Assembly (NCBI GenBank): GCA_964019425.1
Contig: OZ025786.1
Coordinates: forward strand, 744,001 to 808,000
From: Flectonema sp. DT1601
Lineage: Eukaryota
Direction: 5' to 3'
Length of the DNA stretch: 64,000 nt
The notes beneath the pieces were generated by a model. It was not told where the DNA came from. It saw only the letters and a program-made list of their open reading frames with translations, and made no database searches. This document shows positions 1 through 10,706 of the stretch, in pieces. Each line of letters opens with the position of its first letter. Positions within the stretch are counted from its first letter, which is position 1. A program made the translations under genes and the position numbers.

Positions 1-1
1 C

Positions 2-1726
2 TCTCACTCCTTCGACAGGTCTCTTAACGAGACTTCCTTCCATGAAGTCACCAAATGGAGATACCATTTCAGGTATTTGCTTTTCAACAGGTAACACTAC
101 TCTGTTGTACTTTGAATGAGTACTGAACTGAGGAGATGGTATCGGAACCCATGATGTTGTATGTTTATCAACGAGTGCTGCGTGTGCTGATAATTGTGTT
201 TTTCCTGACTGATCAATAATTCGAAGTATTGCGTGATTTGAGTTACCCGACGTATCAGTGAAGATAGTCACTCCAGGTCCTTCTGTTAGTGGCCAGTGTG
301 AGATAAACTGATCTGATGATAGTATTCTTACATCACTTATCAGTCCTTTGTAACAATCTTTTATTTTACCTCTATCATTGTGAGCCCCAATTGCTAAAAA
401 ATCGGTTAATTTATAATTCTCAGTTACAGGATTCGAATTAACAAAAACTGGATGATTAAGTCTTTGACTCGACTGCACCTCCTCAAGTGTTACTTCGACA
501 TCATTAATTGCAACTGAAAAACCGGATTCTTTAGTGTATGTGCAGTCAATAAAATGCCAACGACCATCACATAAATCGCCATTGTAGGTAGCGGATTCAG
601 TTGATCCGCATGCGTCTTTTATACTAATGAATATGGAACCAGGGGATGGTTGGTTTCCATCGGTGTTTACTTGAATTTTATAATGAGAATGTTTCTTTAG
701 AGAATCTGTAACACCAAGTAAGGTTGCAATGTCCTTCGTAGATCTGGAACACATCCAAAGACTAACTCGAATATTATAAAAGTTTTCTGAGCTCAAAGAA
801 AGTGTTCCTCCCGATAGGTATTCGTTCCCAACGAATTCAAGTACTGTCGGTGGCGGATCAAAACCATTTCCCCATGTAGTATTCCGTCCTATGCTAGGAG
901 CATTTTTGTCAACTTTGTTGGAGATAGAGTCTCCCACCCCTTCATCACAGGCGTATCTCGCCATCAGCCGTGATCCACCCCATACTCTTATTTCAGCCAG
1001 ATTCCCAACAAATCCATTATTTAAGTTAGCGCCCTTCAACCATGGAAGTGGTAGTGAACAACCAAAAACTGCAAACTCTTTTCCACGAGTGTTCTTCGAT
1101 CTCACTACAGGCTGTGTTGGAGCTAATGTTACTATTTGTTTTACTCCATTAAAATAAAGTTCCAGAGACGGATTCCATCTTGCTTTTATTAAATGCCACA
1201 TTCCATTGCAGACAGAGGTTGGGTTTGAGGATGCGATGAGGCCACAGCTTCCTTTGTCAGCGTCCTCTTCGAGGATGAGAGAGATCACACCATCGTTTAC
1301 TTCTATTGCACAACGAGCTACTTCCATTTGAGAATCGAATATCATCATCTTATGATCAGTTGAGGTGGTTCTAATCCAGAAATCAACAACTAAGTTTGAC
1401 ATACTACGTTCTAGTGCTTCTTCATCAGGCATCTCAATAGTACTCGTTTTACCATCGAATGCAATGCAGTTGTCTGTGGCTCGTGAATTCCGACTCTTTA
1501 AATGTTTTGGACTTATCACTGATGGTCTCTTCTGCGACCTTCCTACTCCACTGGGTGGTATTGGTCTTCGGGGTAGGCATTCAATATCTACGGATCTCGG
1601 AGATGAACATTTTGCTAACAACTCCTCGATACGACTCTCCATTACTTGAGCAACCTCACTGAGGTTTCTATTGCGCTGCATCATCTTGTGACTCTGCCTT
1701 CTCGTGAAAGTTCCATGTCGCTCCAT
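2..1726 (-). CDS. Protein with two tandem LamG/concanavalin-A-like domains (3' end runs off the window start)
   Basis: Manual translation from ATG 1726 (MERHGTF...) stays open to the window edge. LamG-like motifs occur twice: FDG...VDFWIRT...CNGMWHLI...LYFNG...FVGNLAEIRVW, and VSLWM...CDGRWHFI...IGA...YKGLISDVRI...HWPLTEGPG. Not in the ORF track because the stop lies outside the window. Confidence 0.8.
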   Translation of the reverse strand, partial: MERHGTFTRRQSHKMMQRNRNLSEVAQVMESRIEELLAKCSSPRSVDIECLPRRPIPPSGVGRSQKRPSVISPKHLKSRNSRATDNCIAFDGKTSTIEMPDEEALERSMSNLVVDFWIRTTSTDHKMMIFDSQMEVARCAIEVNDGVISLILEEDADKGSCGLIASSNPTSVCNGMWHLIKARWNPSLELYFNGVKQIVTLAPTQPVVRSKNTRGKEFAVFGCSLPLPWLKGANLNNGFVGNLAEIRVWGGSRLMARYACDEGVGDSISNKVDKNAPSIGRNTTWGNGFDPPPTVLEFVGNEYLSGGTLSLSSENFYNIRVSLWMCSRSTKDIATLLGVTDSLKKHSHYKIQVNTDGNQPSPGSIFISIKDACGSTESATYNGDLCDGRWHFIDCTYTKESGFSVAINDVEVTLEEVQSSQRLNHPVFVNSNPVTENYKLTDFLAIGAHNDRGKIKDCYKGLISDVRILSSDQFISHWPLTEGPGVTIFTDTSGNSNHAILRIIDQSGKTQLSAHAALVDKHTTSWVPIPSPQFSTHSKYNRVVLPVEKQIPEMVSPFGDFMEGSLVKRPVEGVR

Positions 1727-2065
1727 AAAGTAACCTGTTGAATGAATATACGCCATCTGAACACAGAAACTGAATTCACAATAAGCATTGCTTCCCCGTA
1801 GTAATCATCTTGTGATCAGACTGTATAAAGATACCAAACAAGTTTTAAACAACTTACACAATACAATTCAGTCCTTCACTACGAACTACCTGAAAAGGAA
1901 GATCATTAGTGGTAATGCTAAAGCCAGTGAAACCAGCCGGCTGGGTAAGTGGAAAATCACAATCACATAAACGCGTTGGCGTTATGAAGTTGGAACATAA
2001 CAATAATAAATATATCAAAAGGTCAACTCACGATAATCGATTCAATGTGTCTATCTTCATGGTTA

Positions 2066-3181
2066 TTATATTCCATAAGCTGAAGACAGTCGCTTTGATC
2101 TTGGAGGAAGTTTTGGAACAAGTGGTTGCTCTACTGGAGTTGAGACTGACGGGAATATGAAAACACTTCCTTCATTTGATACGTCTGTTTCAGAAGGGCT
2201 ACTTGTTACTTGTGGTACTTGCTTTTGTTTTATCGTTTTATCTGTCTCAGCTATGCTTTGACGGCTACGACTCTCTTTATCCTTATCAAACTGTACCCTG
2301 TTACGACCAGCAGCTAACGGAGGCATACTATTTCCGGTTTTATGTACTCCAAGAGCTTTCTTACGCTGTCTGTCTACAACCTCAGCAGCAGTTGGCTTAT
2401 CTTTTTTCTTTTCTGTTCGAGGTGGTGGTGCTTCTGAGAGAGCAATGACTGACCGTCTTGGAGGAGGTTCAATTTTAACTTTTTTTGTCTTCGAATGAGA
2501 GGTTGCTATTTTATCTTCGTACATTACGTCTTCTACTTGAGGACAGTGAATAGTAAGTTCCTTACCGTCAGATCTGATTGACACTTCACTATTATCATAG
2601 TTAAGTAATTCTGTGACTTTATAAGTTTTCGTACTGGTCATGTTTGTACCTCCGATGTTTAGAGCTCGCCTCTCTGACCGTCGAAGTTCAGGTTTTTGAG
2701 GAACACCATGCTTATACCAAACATGTTCTTCTTCTCTCTTCGCTAAAGGTATAATTGTGTATTTAGGACCTTTTGCTTTTACGAATGATCTGTTCCTTGC
2801 CATTGGTACGCTCCATGATTCTTTTCTTTTTGTTTTCATTACTGCCATAACTTTGCTTACTTTTCCTTTAAGACCTCTACCCAAAAGTCCACCAATAGCA
2901 GTTTTTAAACTTTGGTTAATTTCATTATCAGGTAACGGTAATGGAGTTATAGATAGCGTTCCTGACCGGACATGTTCTGCTGCGGTTGGGGAAAGCACTT
3001 CTACCGGTGATTTGATTCTTGGACTTCTCTTACCCCTTCTAATACATTGAAGCATTTCCTTCATCGTCATGTTTCCATCTTCTACTCCTCCGTACATGAT
3101 ACGAATAAGTCTTGAGGGAGGACACTTCTCTTTTCCTGCAAGGAATTGTTCCTCTTCTTTCTCAACACTGCAGTCACTCAT
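2066..3181 (-). CDS. Hypothetical basic, low-complexity protein
   Basis: Long open frame. First ATG at 3181 (MSDCSVEK); the track's extension to 3271 uses a non-ATG start and crosses a homopolymer tract. No recognisable domain. Confidence 0.7.
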   Translation of the reverse strand: MSDCSVEKEEEQFLAGKEKCPPSRLIRIMYGGVEDGNMTMKEMLQCIRRGKRSPRIKSPVEVLSPTAAEHVRSGTLSITPLPLPDNEINQSLKTAIGGLLGRGLKGKVSKVMAVMKTKRKESWSVPMARNRSFVKAKGPKYTIIPLAKREEEHVWYKHGVPQKPELRRSERRALNIGGTNMTSTKTYKVTELLNYDNSEVSIRSDGKELTIHCPQVEDVMYEDKIATSHSKTKKVKIEPPPRRSVIALSEAPPPRTEKKKDKPTAAEVVDRQRKKALGVHKTGNSMPPLAAGRNRVQFDKDKESRSRQSIAETDKTIKQKQVPQVTSSPSETDVSNEGSVFIFPSVSTPVEQPLVPKLPPRSKRLSSAYGI

Positions 3182-3686
3182 AGTAGAGACACTGCACTGA
3201 GACTTGCTCCGAACTCGATGACGTGCAATCTGTTTTTTTTTTTTAGATTTATAAAAAATAATAATAATCACGGTTGTCCCGTTGACTCACATATTACAAA
3301 AAAGAAAAGAGACCACATTAAGCCCATAGGGCGCTACAACTAGGCTAATAATATAAAGGGCAAACTGTAGCGTTTACTACACAAAACGGGGCATTTATTA
3401 AAAAATCCCAGCTGTTCTTTTCGCTTTCGGTTCTGTCGCCGATAATTCACAGCGACGCTTGCTATTTGTTAGGCGCACTGCGCTGTACGCTGTATATTTC
3501 CGTTGGGATAGAGCAGAGGGATACCCTTCTTTTTTCTAATGCAGAGATACGGCTTCACAACAGGAGTCAAGGTATAATCGGGAATCAGGTCTCTAATTTC
3601 CTCAGTTTCAGAAGGTTCTGTCAGCCATGTCCCCACACGATGAAGGTGCTAATGCACCATAGATCGGCCGAAATTTTATCTGAATA

Positions 3687-4894
3687 TCAGGAATCTAAGG
3701 TCAGGCATGTCACAGTTGAACCATGTCCACTCTGAAAAAAAAAAAACACGACGGTCCAAAAAACAACCAGAATACTCTCGTGCCGACTTACCTCATCCAG
3801 GATCGACACGATAATAACGCAATACATACATCACTTTCTGTTGTGGAGGTAGAGGAGTTGTCGTCATTCGCTTCTTTGGAAGCTTCTGCGGCAGCTGTTT
3901 CAAAACTGTTTTCTAAGAATTTTCTCTCCGTTCTGATTTGTTCATTCTTAAGGAACGTGAGAACTGGTAGCCTCAATCTATTCTTTTTATCTCTTTCTTT
4001 ATCGGTGGTTTGTTCTTTTCTTGTTATGCTGTTGTGTCGTTGGATTGCTCTTTTCACCATAGGCGGTGGAACGTTTGGAAAATATGACTGAATCAGTTCG
4101 TAAAGAGAGAGCTTTCCGTCTTTGTCGCGATCTAAGCTGCCAAACGATTTCGGATCTAAAATGATACCGTTGGACATTTGAAGTGTTTTCATGTTGCTGC
4201 TTTTTAGAATTTGTTTAAGTTCATGAACGTTGATGAAGTGTTTTCCTCTAAAGCAGTCAACGAATGCCAGGACATCTGATGAGGGTACGAAATCAGCTTT
4301 ATAACGTTCGATAATTGATAAAGAAACGTTAGGGAATAGAACTACCAATAATTCCCAAAACGTTGCCCTGTAATGCTGAGGTTCCATTTGACATCTGTAA
4401 GCTGATTCAACGAACTGATCAACAGTTAATTTCATATTACCGAGGCATTCATTTGCAGAAAGAAGTTGTCGGAGTGATAGCATGTCAACAGAATTTTGTG
4501 TCAAAGAGTCAAACGAGAGATTAAAATATTTTGAGTCTCTCGCAAGATACCTCATTGTTGTACTTTGACCGAAGGAACCTTTTAATGTGAGAAGTTGTTC
4601 GTCGGGTATTTCTGATACGAAGTATCTTTTTATATCCCATCGTGAAACAGAACAAAAAACCTCCCTCATCAAATCCTGAAGTGATACGTATCCAGTGTTA
4701 CCGCCACCTCTATCCATTGCTTCAAGAATTCTCTCATCGAGTCGTATTCCTGATATGGATGATCCGTGAATTGCTTCTTTTTTCATGTATCCTTTCAACC
4801 CTTCTGGACATATCTTATTCCAATCTCTCTCAAATTTATGAAACACATCAACTGGAATCCAATTTACAGTTTTACAATTCGCAATGTAGTCCAT
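3687..4894 (-). CDS. EF-hand calcium-binding protein, probably two exons (4894-3830, 3731-3687)
   Basis: EF-hand loop DRDKDGKLSLYE plus degenerate ones (DRGGGNTGYVSLQD). A GTATGT donor at 3829 and a poly(T)-CAG acceptor at 3732 give an in-frame last exon SGHGSTVTCLTLDS*. Confidence 0.75.
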
Positions 4895-5150
4895 TTTAGA
4901 GATTTGTTGTGTCAGTCCATATTTATGATTTTTCTTTTTTTTTTTTTTTTTTTTTCTTGGATGAGTGTCTTTTTAATTTAAATAAATTATTAAAATAAAG
5001 TAAGTGGAAAGAGAGTGAAAAAAAAAATAGAGAAAATGATATAATAAATGATCATTTCTCTCACTGGATTTTTTTTTTTTTATATTTCTTTCACAGGTTT
5101 TTTACTACTGAAGCATTTTTTTTTGTGTTGAGGCTGTACAGCTTTAACAA

Positions 5151-5186
<36 letters not shown>

Positions 5187-5229
5187 TATGAAGTGTAAAT
5201 ATTATAAAAACAACAACATGAGACGTTGA

Positions 5230-6342
5230 CTATTTGAGAGACTGTGAATGACGAGGACGAGGTCGATCACAACTCTTCTTCGGTGGTACAGGTTGCTGAA
5301 TCTCCATTGCCGTTGCTGACAATGCAGAAATACTCAAAACAGAACTCTGTTGTTCATGTTTGCAACACTTATCGATGTAAGTGTCAAGGCGCCGTAGAAA
5401 TTCAGAGTGAGAAACCGCTGCTAATATTTTTTTTCTTCTGAGTACAGAACTTTTCAACATTCGAGTACAGCCACAACTATATCCCCACAAACATTTTAGT
5501 ACGCTTCTTGGAAATATTCTGTTCCGGAAACTGTGAATTGCAAATAATCTGAACTTTTGGCAATTTTTACATCGACCAGCAGGCCAGGTATGCCTATCTC
5601 CAAGATTAAAAGGTATTGATATCGGAGCGAGTCCCCATCTCAGAGTTTCAATTAGATCAAAAAGAGGTTTACAATACTTTAAATATTGATCAGGTCGCAG
5701 TCTTGGTGGTATGATGTGACCAATTAGGATCCCAGAGTCTCCAATTTCGATGCATAGTTTTCGTCCTCGAAGTGTGGGTGGGGTTTTTTCGAATGCCAAA
5801 CCTGAATCGATCGAACAAAACAAAGTACAACATAACCCTTCGAGGGGTGTCACAAAAGTCTTAACGCTCTCACCAATCTTTGATAGCAGAAATACGTTTT
5901 TAGAATGACAAACCTCAACGGTTGAAAGTGACAGTAAGTCAGATCCAGGCATCTGAACGTAAACATTTCCTTTATAGTTATTTCGAGCATAGGTAGTGTA
6001 TTTAGCAAGAGACGCAGTCCACGATTGTCTTAATTTCTTTTTTTCAATTTGGGACAGCGGGAATCCAGCAAGCCTAATATCTAAAGTAGACGACGAGATC
6101 TTATTCAAAACACGGTGGCTGTTCATTGTGCTAAATATAACGTTTCTTCCAGCATAACCTGTTAGTTTTCCATTGTGATATGTGAGTTGTGAGATTCGTT
6201 TTTTGTGATTCATTAAGTTACCATCAATGTACCACAATAAGTTTCCTTTTTTAATTCTGAATGTGTGCAGTCTATCTTTTTCATCAAGTATGTAGTATCC
6301 TTTTTTTATTTTTAAATTTTCTCTTGGTGAAGAAGGTGGCAT
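5230..6342 (-). CDS. Hypothetical protein, 370 aa
   Basis: ATG-initiated long ORF in the cluster orientation, with several Cys near the C-terminus; no family recognised. Confidence 0.7.
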   Translation of the reverse strand: MPPSSPRENLKIKKGYYILDEKDRLHTFRIKKGNLLWYIDGNLMNHKKRISQLTYHNGKLTGYAGRNVIFSTMNSHRVLNKISSSTLDIRLAGFPLSQIEKKKLRQSWTASLAKYTTYARNNYKGNVYVQMPGSDLLSLSTVEVCHSKNVFLLSKIGESVKTFVTPLEGLCCTLFCSIDSGLAFEKTPPTLRGRKLCIEIGDSGILIGHIIPPRLRPDQYLKYCKPLFDLIETLRWGLAPISIPFNLGDRHTWPAGRCKNCQKFRLFAIHSFRNRIFPRSVLKCLWGYSCGCTRMLKSSVLRRKKILAAVSHSEFLRRLDTYIDKCCKHEQQSSVLSISALSATAMEIQQPVPPKKSCDRPRPRHSQSLK

Positions 6343-6423
6343 GTATGTTAAAAAACAGATCCTGTGAGAGAAAAGTAATTACTAAGAACAGACTCATCAG
6401 GCTCACACAATACAAAATATTTC

Positions 6424-6750
6424 TCATGAAGAATCAACGCAATGAACGTTCCAAGTTTTTTTACCATCTTTTCCTTTCCAATACATCGACATAAAACCAA
6501 ATGGATTGTGTAACGCTGCTTTCTGCGACATCGGATTCGTAGCACAGCATTGTCCCCTAGAAAGGTAGTAAACGCCTCTATAGTCCACACATGCCTGTTT
6601 TTCTTTCTTGAAATATATATGAAATTCTCTCACCCCCTAATGGGATAAATAACACACCTCGCTACCATGTCCAACCATGATTGAATTGTGGTGCGGATCG
6701 TGTAGGTGAGCTCTCATATTTGCCATCGATGCTGGATCTACAGCAGGCAT
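6424..6750 (-). CDS. Small two-exon hypothetical protein (~87 aa; exons 6750-6658 and 6594-6424)
   Basis: Exon 1 MPAVDPASMANMRAHLHDPHHNSIMVGHGSE ends at GAG|GTGTGT. A 63-nt intron ends in CAG at 6595. Exon 2 continues in phase 0: ACVDYRGVYYLSRGQCC...HCVDSS*. Confidence 0.6.
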
Positions 6751-6757
6751 CTTTCAG

Positions 6758-7000
6758 TCTGTAGTGTAAGTGACTGTTGAGGGGGTGAAACTTTGACAAT
6801 GTAAAAACAGTAACAACTTTAGGGTATTAAAAACAAAATTAATATCAAGTACTTGACTGAAAAATATTTGTTGTTGTTAATCAAAGAAAAATTACGCTTA
6901 GAAAAAAGAAAACATAAAAGGGAAAACTATATTTTTTTTTTGTCTTATCGACCAGAAGACGTTGTCGAATATCTGTAGTGTAAGTTACTGTTGAAGGGGG
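6758..7000. mobile_element. Short dispersed element (6786-6971) flanked by a 28/29-bp direct repeat (copy 1)
   Basis: Body closely matches 58430-58625. Flanks are tctgtagtgtaagtgactgttgaggggg (6758-6785) and tctgtagtgtaagttactgttgaaggggg (6972-7000). Confidence 0.8.
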
Positions 7001-7069
7001 AAAATAATAATAAAAAATATAAAGTTGGTGATTTATTTATTACATTAAGTAACATTGTTTTATAAATAT

Positions 7070-7100
<31 letters not shown>

Positions 7101-7572
7101 GTAATGGTTGAAATTTTTTTTGGAGATATGTATTCCAAAAACTTCACACAAAAATAACAAAAAATCCTTTTAATTCATTATTTAAATCATAAAAAAAAAA
7201 AAAAAGAAAAAAAAATAAAGCTACACAACTTTTGAGACAAAAATTCAGTTATAATTGAATTCAGGGTAAAATAGTAGACCGAGAGAAGAATACTCCTTTC
7301 TCAGCTGTCATATTGTTTTTTCTAAAAACCCCACCCCCCCCCCCGATAGTTTATTTGAAGCACGGTGATTCATGTCTAATTTGTTGCGAGTTAACCTGAT
7401 TTATTTATCCAAGTTCCATCAACGAAACCATCACGTAATAAAATACCGGGTGGACGTAATTAAATAAAATGATTTTTTGCTGTATATAACACAATACGTC
7501 TATCGAAAACTATTTTTACATTTAATAAAATAACACTCTCGACTTATCTTTTTGAGTGAAATTGTCGGGGGA

Positions 7573-7616
<44 letters not shown>

Positions 7617-7781
7617 ACTCAGATAACACCATACTCTCTGTTACTATTGCGCCAGTTTGTTAGCGAATCCAACGAGCCACAAAAAGTTTTGTTGTAGCTC
7701 TTCGGGACCTAATAAAAGGAACGGTTTGAACATTAAAATTGTATTTAAAAAAAAAAAGAAGGGGGGAAAAAAAAATGCAAC

Positions 7782-9534
7782 TTAACCCTTACACCACCGG
7801 AGCTGATATATCAGTCTGAAAAAAAAATTTTTTTTTGCTAAGTGAAAATTTTGCATTTCTGAGTACAACGATTTCACGGGAGAGGTATTATTGAGATGTC
7901 TTTTATGTTCCTTACGTGTTGCGCCGCAATAGTTTTTATTAAATGGTAAATTTTCCATTTGCTAAAGCTGGCCAAAATCAACTTGGGAAATATGTCGGTC
8001 CACAGTTCTGATGAGGATGCAACAGTATTTGTTAATCCATCGTCGGTGTGCTCCGATTCGTCACTTGACGAAGTATCTGACTCCAAATGGGGAGGGGAGG
8101 TAACAAGGGTTACCAAGAATAAAAACGCGTTTCCAAGAAATGTTAAAGATTAGAGTTGCACGCAAGTCGGAGCTGCAGGTTTTTGAGTTTTTCTTCGGAT
8201 AGTCAGTTTTCCAGCTGATGAAGAAAAACTCTGAGGTCTATGCCTCACAGAGGGGAAGAAAATTTAAAACCAGTACGCAGGAGCGAAGGGCCTTTGTTGG
8301 CACAACACTACTGACGCGCCTCCCAATAAAATCTAACCTGGGGGATTCCTGGGGTTTGAATGACATGCTGTTGACCCCCCTGTTGTTCTTTCCGCAAGTG
8401 TTTTCACGTAATCGCTTTGCCGAAATACTGAGGAACTTACACTTCTCTGCGATATTACCTGCTCCCGAGCATGAGGATCCGAAGTGGAGACGTGTATTTT
8501 GAATTCCTTTATCCTGATGCGACGTGGGCATGGTGGAATTTGGACGGATAGTAGTGAATCTGGCTGGAGAAGCAAGAGATTCTTATCCTTCAAATTGGCT
8601 TTGTTTTGGGCAGCTTATAGGTACATTTAAACGTACCAGAGCGGCACCAACACTATTAATAACACCATCAGTACCGCCTTCTCCACAATCAGTATCAATC
8701 CCTGATCGCCTCAAGCCAGCTTTGGGACACTACCCCGGAAAGATGGAAAAGGCTCGTCAGTGTGCAGTTCGCGCAAAGCGCGCACAATCACTAGATTACT
8801 GTGAGCGATGCAACCAAGCGCTTTGTGCTTACCCATATTTCAAAAGGTATCACATTCTCCAAAACTACAAAATTCCTTGTGATGTTCCTAAACCGCCAAC
8901 TTCCCAAAAATCCAGTATGCCAGGCTGGTGGGGTAAAGAGGTGGAAGTTTATAGATCCAGCCCAACACGGTCTGATCTAAGTAGCTGCACTGTTACTAAT
9001 GAAGTTCCATGATCTGGGATCGATGTTATTTGTATTTTTCGAGCTTATCAACCCCGATGCGGTAATCCTCCTGTGTGTCTGAACCTGCTGTGCCATGATG
9101 CGGGTTGTTTGTGTATTTTCCGCGACCACAGAGGGCTTTTACAAGCTCAAAAACAGGGAAAAAATCTGATTTTTCGATTTAATATCGGCCGTGATTTGGC
9201 ATTCTCTTTACTTGGGCTCCCTCTGACATGATGTTGCGCAGAAACATCATCCCTTTCAAAATACGGGAAGGGAATAACATGCAGCTGCTATGAATGGAAA
9301 CCGTTGAGTACGTTATTGCGACACTGCCGACTTTGTTAGTTCTGCTGAATGTGCAACAACGCACCAAGGTACGCACCGTTAGGTGTGTGGGTGACAGGTG
9401 CTATTGACCCGTAGGAGTAGTTGTGTCCGGTTTGGTACATAGGTTTTCTGGGGGGGTACCTTTTCTCTTTTTGAAAAAACAGTAAAATTTTGGACCCGTT
9501 GTTTTGGGGGTTCTTACGGTGGTGTAAGGGTTAA
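7782..9534 (+). mobile_element. Non-autonomous piggyBac transposon with internally deleted, degenerate transposase
   Basis: TTAA at 7782-7785 and 9531-9534; perfect 14-bp TIRs CCCTTACACCACCG / CGGTGGTGTAAGGG. Transposase fragments FSRNRFAEILRNLHF and the C-terminal Cys-rich HYP...QCAVR...YCERCNQALC...FKRYH, with stops and frameshifts. Confidence 0.95.
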
Positions 9535-9835
9535 AGAGATAACATAGTGAAAACATTAAATAAATTGTTCTGCCGTTCCGAATTCACACTAAAAGTTTTC
9601 CTATGACATAATCTTATATTACTTGATTCTTTTTTTTTTTAGCACTCATCATTAAGAACTACAAAGCACCAGTTAAGTAGATGCTCAAAGAAAGGATGTG
9701 AGCAAACCCAAAACTGATGTCTGCGGAATGTTCCGCTGGGGAGGTCTGGGGTAACCCACACCAAGATCACAATTATTTTTATAGTTTCGGCTCGATGAAA
9801 AGGAACAGAAATATAAAACAAAAATCTTTGAGATT

Positions 9836-9934
9836 AGCCTTATACTTCGTTGAACGCAGACAGAATTCCCTCAAACGAGAAAATAAATCATGGTTCCTTC
9901 TCCGACTACGTCGGTACAAAAAAAAAAAAAAAAA
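9836..9934. repeat. Dispersed repeat ending in a CCGACTACGTCGG hairpin and A-run
   Basis: agccttata(c/t)ttcgttgaacgcagaca...ttctccgactacgtcggtac(A)n is also found near 26430, 42330 and 44105, with a diverged copy near 41075-41175. Confidence 0.75.
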
Positions 9935-10706
9935 CACTTTCTCTAAATGAACTTGGTTCCCCGGCGTTAGAATGACAAACAGAAGAGTGTTCAAAAGAAA
10001 TTAAACAAACAACTATCCTCAAGCGGAAGACTGCTTGAATAGCAAAGACCAAAGCCACCGCATACGCGAATTCACTGACGACGTCAATTCGTCACATAAC
10101 TACAACAACACCCACACTCTGTGAGGGACATTAATAGTACGAAAAAAATGATATGCAGAAAAGGGGGGGAATATAGAAAAGAAAGAAAAAAAAACACTTC
10201 CCAATATAAACAAACCATAACTGAACCAACAACTGAAATAAAAGGAGAAAAAAGAAAAACAGTGGCTATCACCAGCTGAAGCGGAATCTCTCTCTTTTGA
10301 TCGACAGAAACAGTGCCTTTTTGTTCGTTGAATTGAAAAAGGAAAATAGGTATCGCGTGCTCTCTGTTATTTCGAGAAGAGGTTCAAAGCTACATTTAAA
10401 AAAGAATTAAAAAATAATTGGATATTCCCAATTAATTTAAAATTTGCTTTTGTTTTGCACACGGAAAAAACCCATAATCAAATCAAACCTGTGAGAGAGG
10501 AAGTATTTGTCACTCACACATTCAACGTGAATACAACCAGGTGAAGTATTCTTTAAACTCTAAAAATCGTAACCAAAGGAGATGAGGATAACTAAATATA
10601 ACAAACAGGTTAGAAGGAAATTAAAACCAAAAAAACCAATACAAACAAACCACCGTGTGAGTAAATTATATAAAAGATACTTCGTTCGTAAAAGGTGGGT
10701 ATAAAA

